From Octopus sinensis (taxonomy: Eukaryota), in NCBI RefSeq assembly GCF_006345805.1, contig NC_043005.1, forward strand, positions 90,458,001 through 90,522,000: a DNA stretch of 64,000 nt. The letters are read 5' to 3'. A model generated the notes under the pieces. It had not been told where the DNA came from. It made no database searches and saw only the letters and a program-made list of their open reading frames with translations. Shown piece after piece: positions 63,570 through 64,000 of this stretch. The number at the start of each line of letters is the position of its first letter. Position 1 is the first letter of the stretch. Made by a program: the position numbers and the translations under genes.

Positions 63570-63742
63570 GATATATATATATATATCTATATATATATAT
63601 ATGTATATATATACATATATATATGTATATATATATATATATGTATATTATATATATATGTATATATATATTATGTATATATATATATATATAATATATA
63701 TGTATATATATATATGCATATATATATATGTATATATATATG

Positions 63743-63773
<31 letters not shown>

Positions 63774-63865
63774 TGTATATATATATATATGTATAATATA
63801 TATATGTATATATATATATATGCATATATATATATATGTATATATATATTGCATATATATATATG

Positions 63866-63915
<50 letters not shown>

Positions 63916-63952
63916 ATATATATATATATGTATATATATATGTATAGATATA

Positions 63953-63992
<40 letters not shown>

Positions 63993-64000
63993 GTATATAT
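63531..64000. repeat. Long degenerate (TA)n microsatellite running off the window
   Basis: Direct inspection. Confidence 0.95.

Noticed and set aside
63514-63987. Y/I-rich ORFs (also at 9332-9746 and 37840-38335)
   Set aside because: Translations of (TA)n tracts.

Overview
AT-rich, repeat-dense eukaryotic DNA with spliced genes. The SINE families and microsatellite load resemble an octopus/coleoid cephalopod genome (inferred from memory of such repeats, not searched). Two host genes lie on the + strand. The first is the last six coding exons of an integrin alpha subunit (3196-18132; calf domains, TM exon, GFFKR tail), with an apparent 1-nt frameshift at ~3502. The second is a two-exon PHOSPHO1/PHOSPHO2-like HAD phosphatase (35007-35042 + 42063-42782). 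The rest is mobile DNA: a nearly intact CR1-group LINE (~45.5-49.9 kb), decayed R4/Dong-like, Tx1-like, Penelope-like and Tc1/mariner elements, several MITEs, many SINEs and microsatellites. Two observations stand out. (a) The CR1-like LINE has an AUG-less ORF2 in the -1 frame overlapping ORF1, an in-phase G_GGA_AAC slippery heptamer directly before the ORF1 stop, and a perfect 15-bp hairpin downstream, which suggests a programmed -1 ribosomal frameshift in a non-LTR retrotransposon. (b) Three unrelated fold-back elements at 57.7-63.2 kb each carry a pair of divergently oriented minimal hammerhead-ribozyme-like motifs, one with an apparent compensatory G3-C8 core swap.
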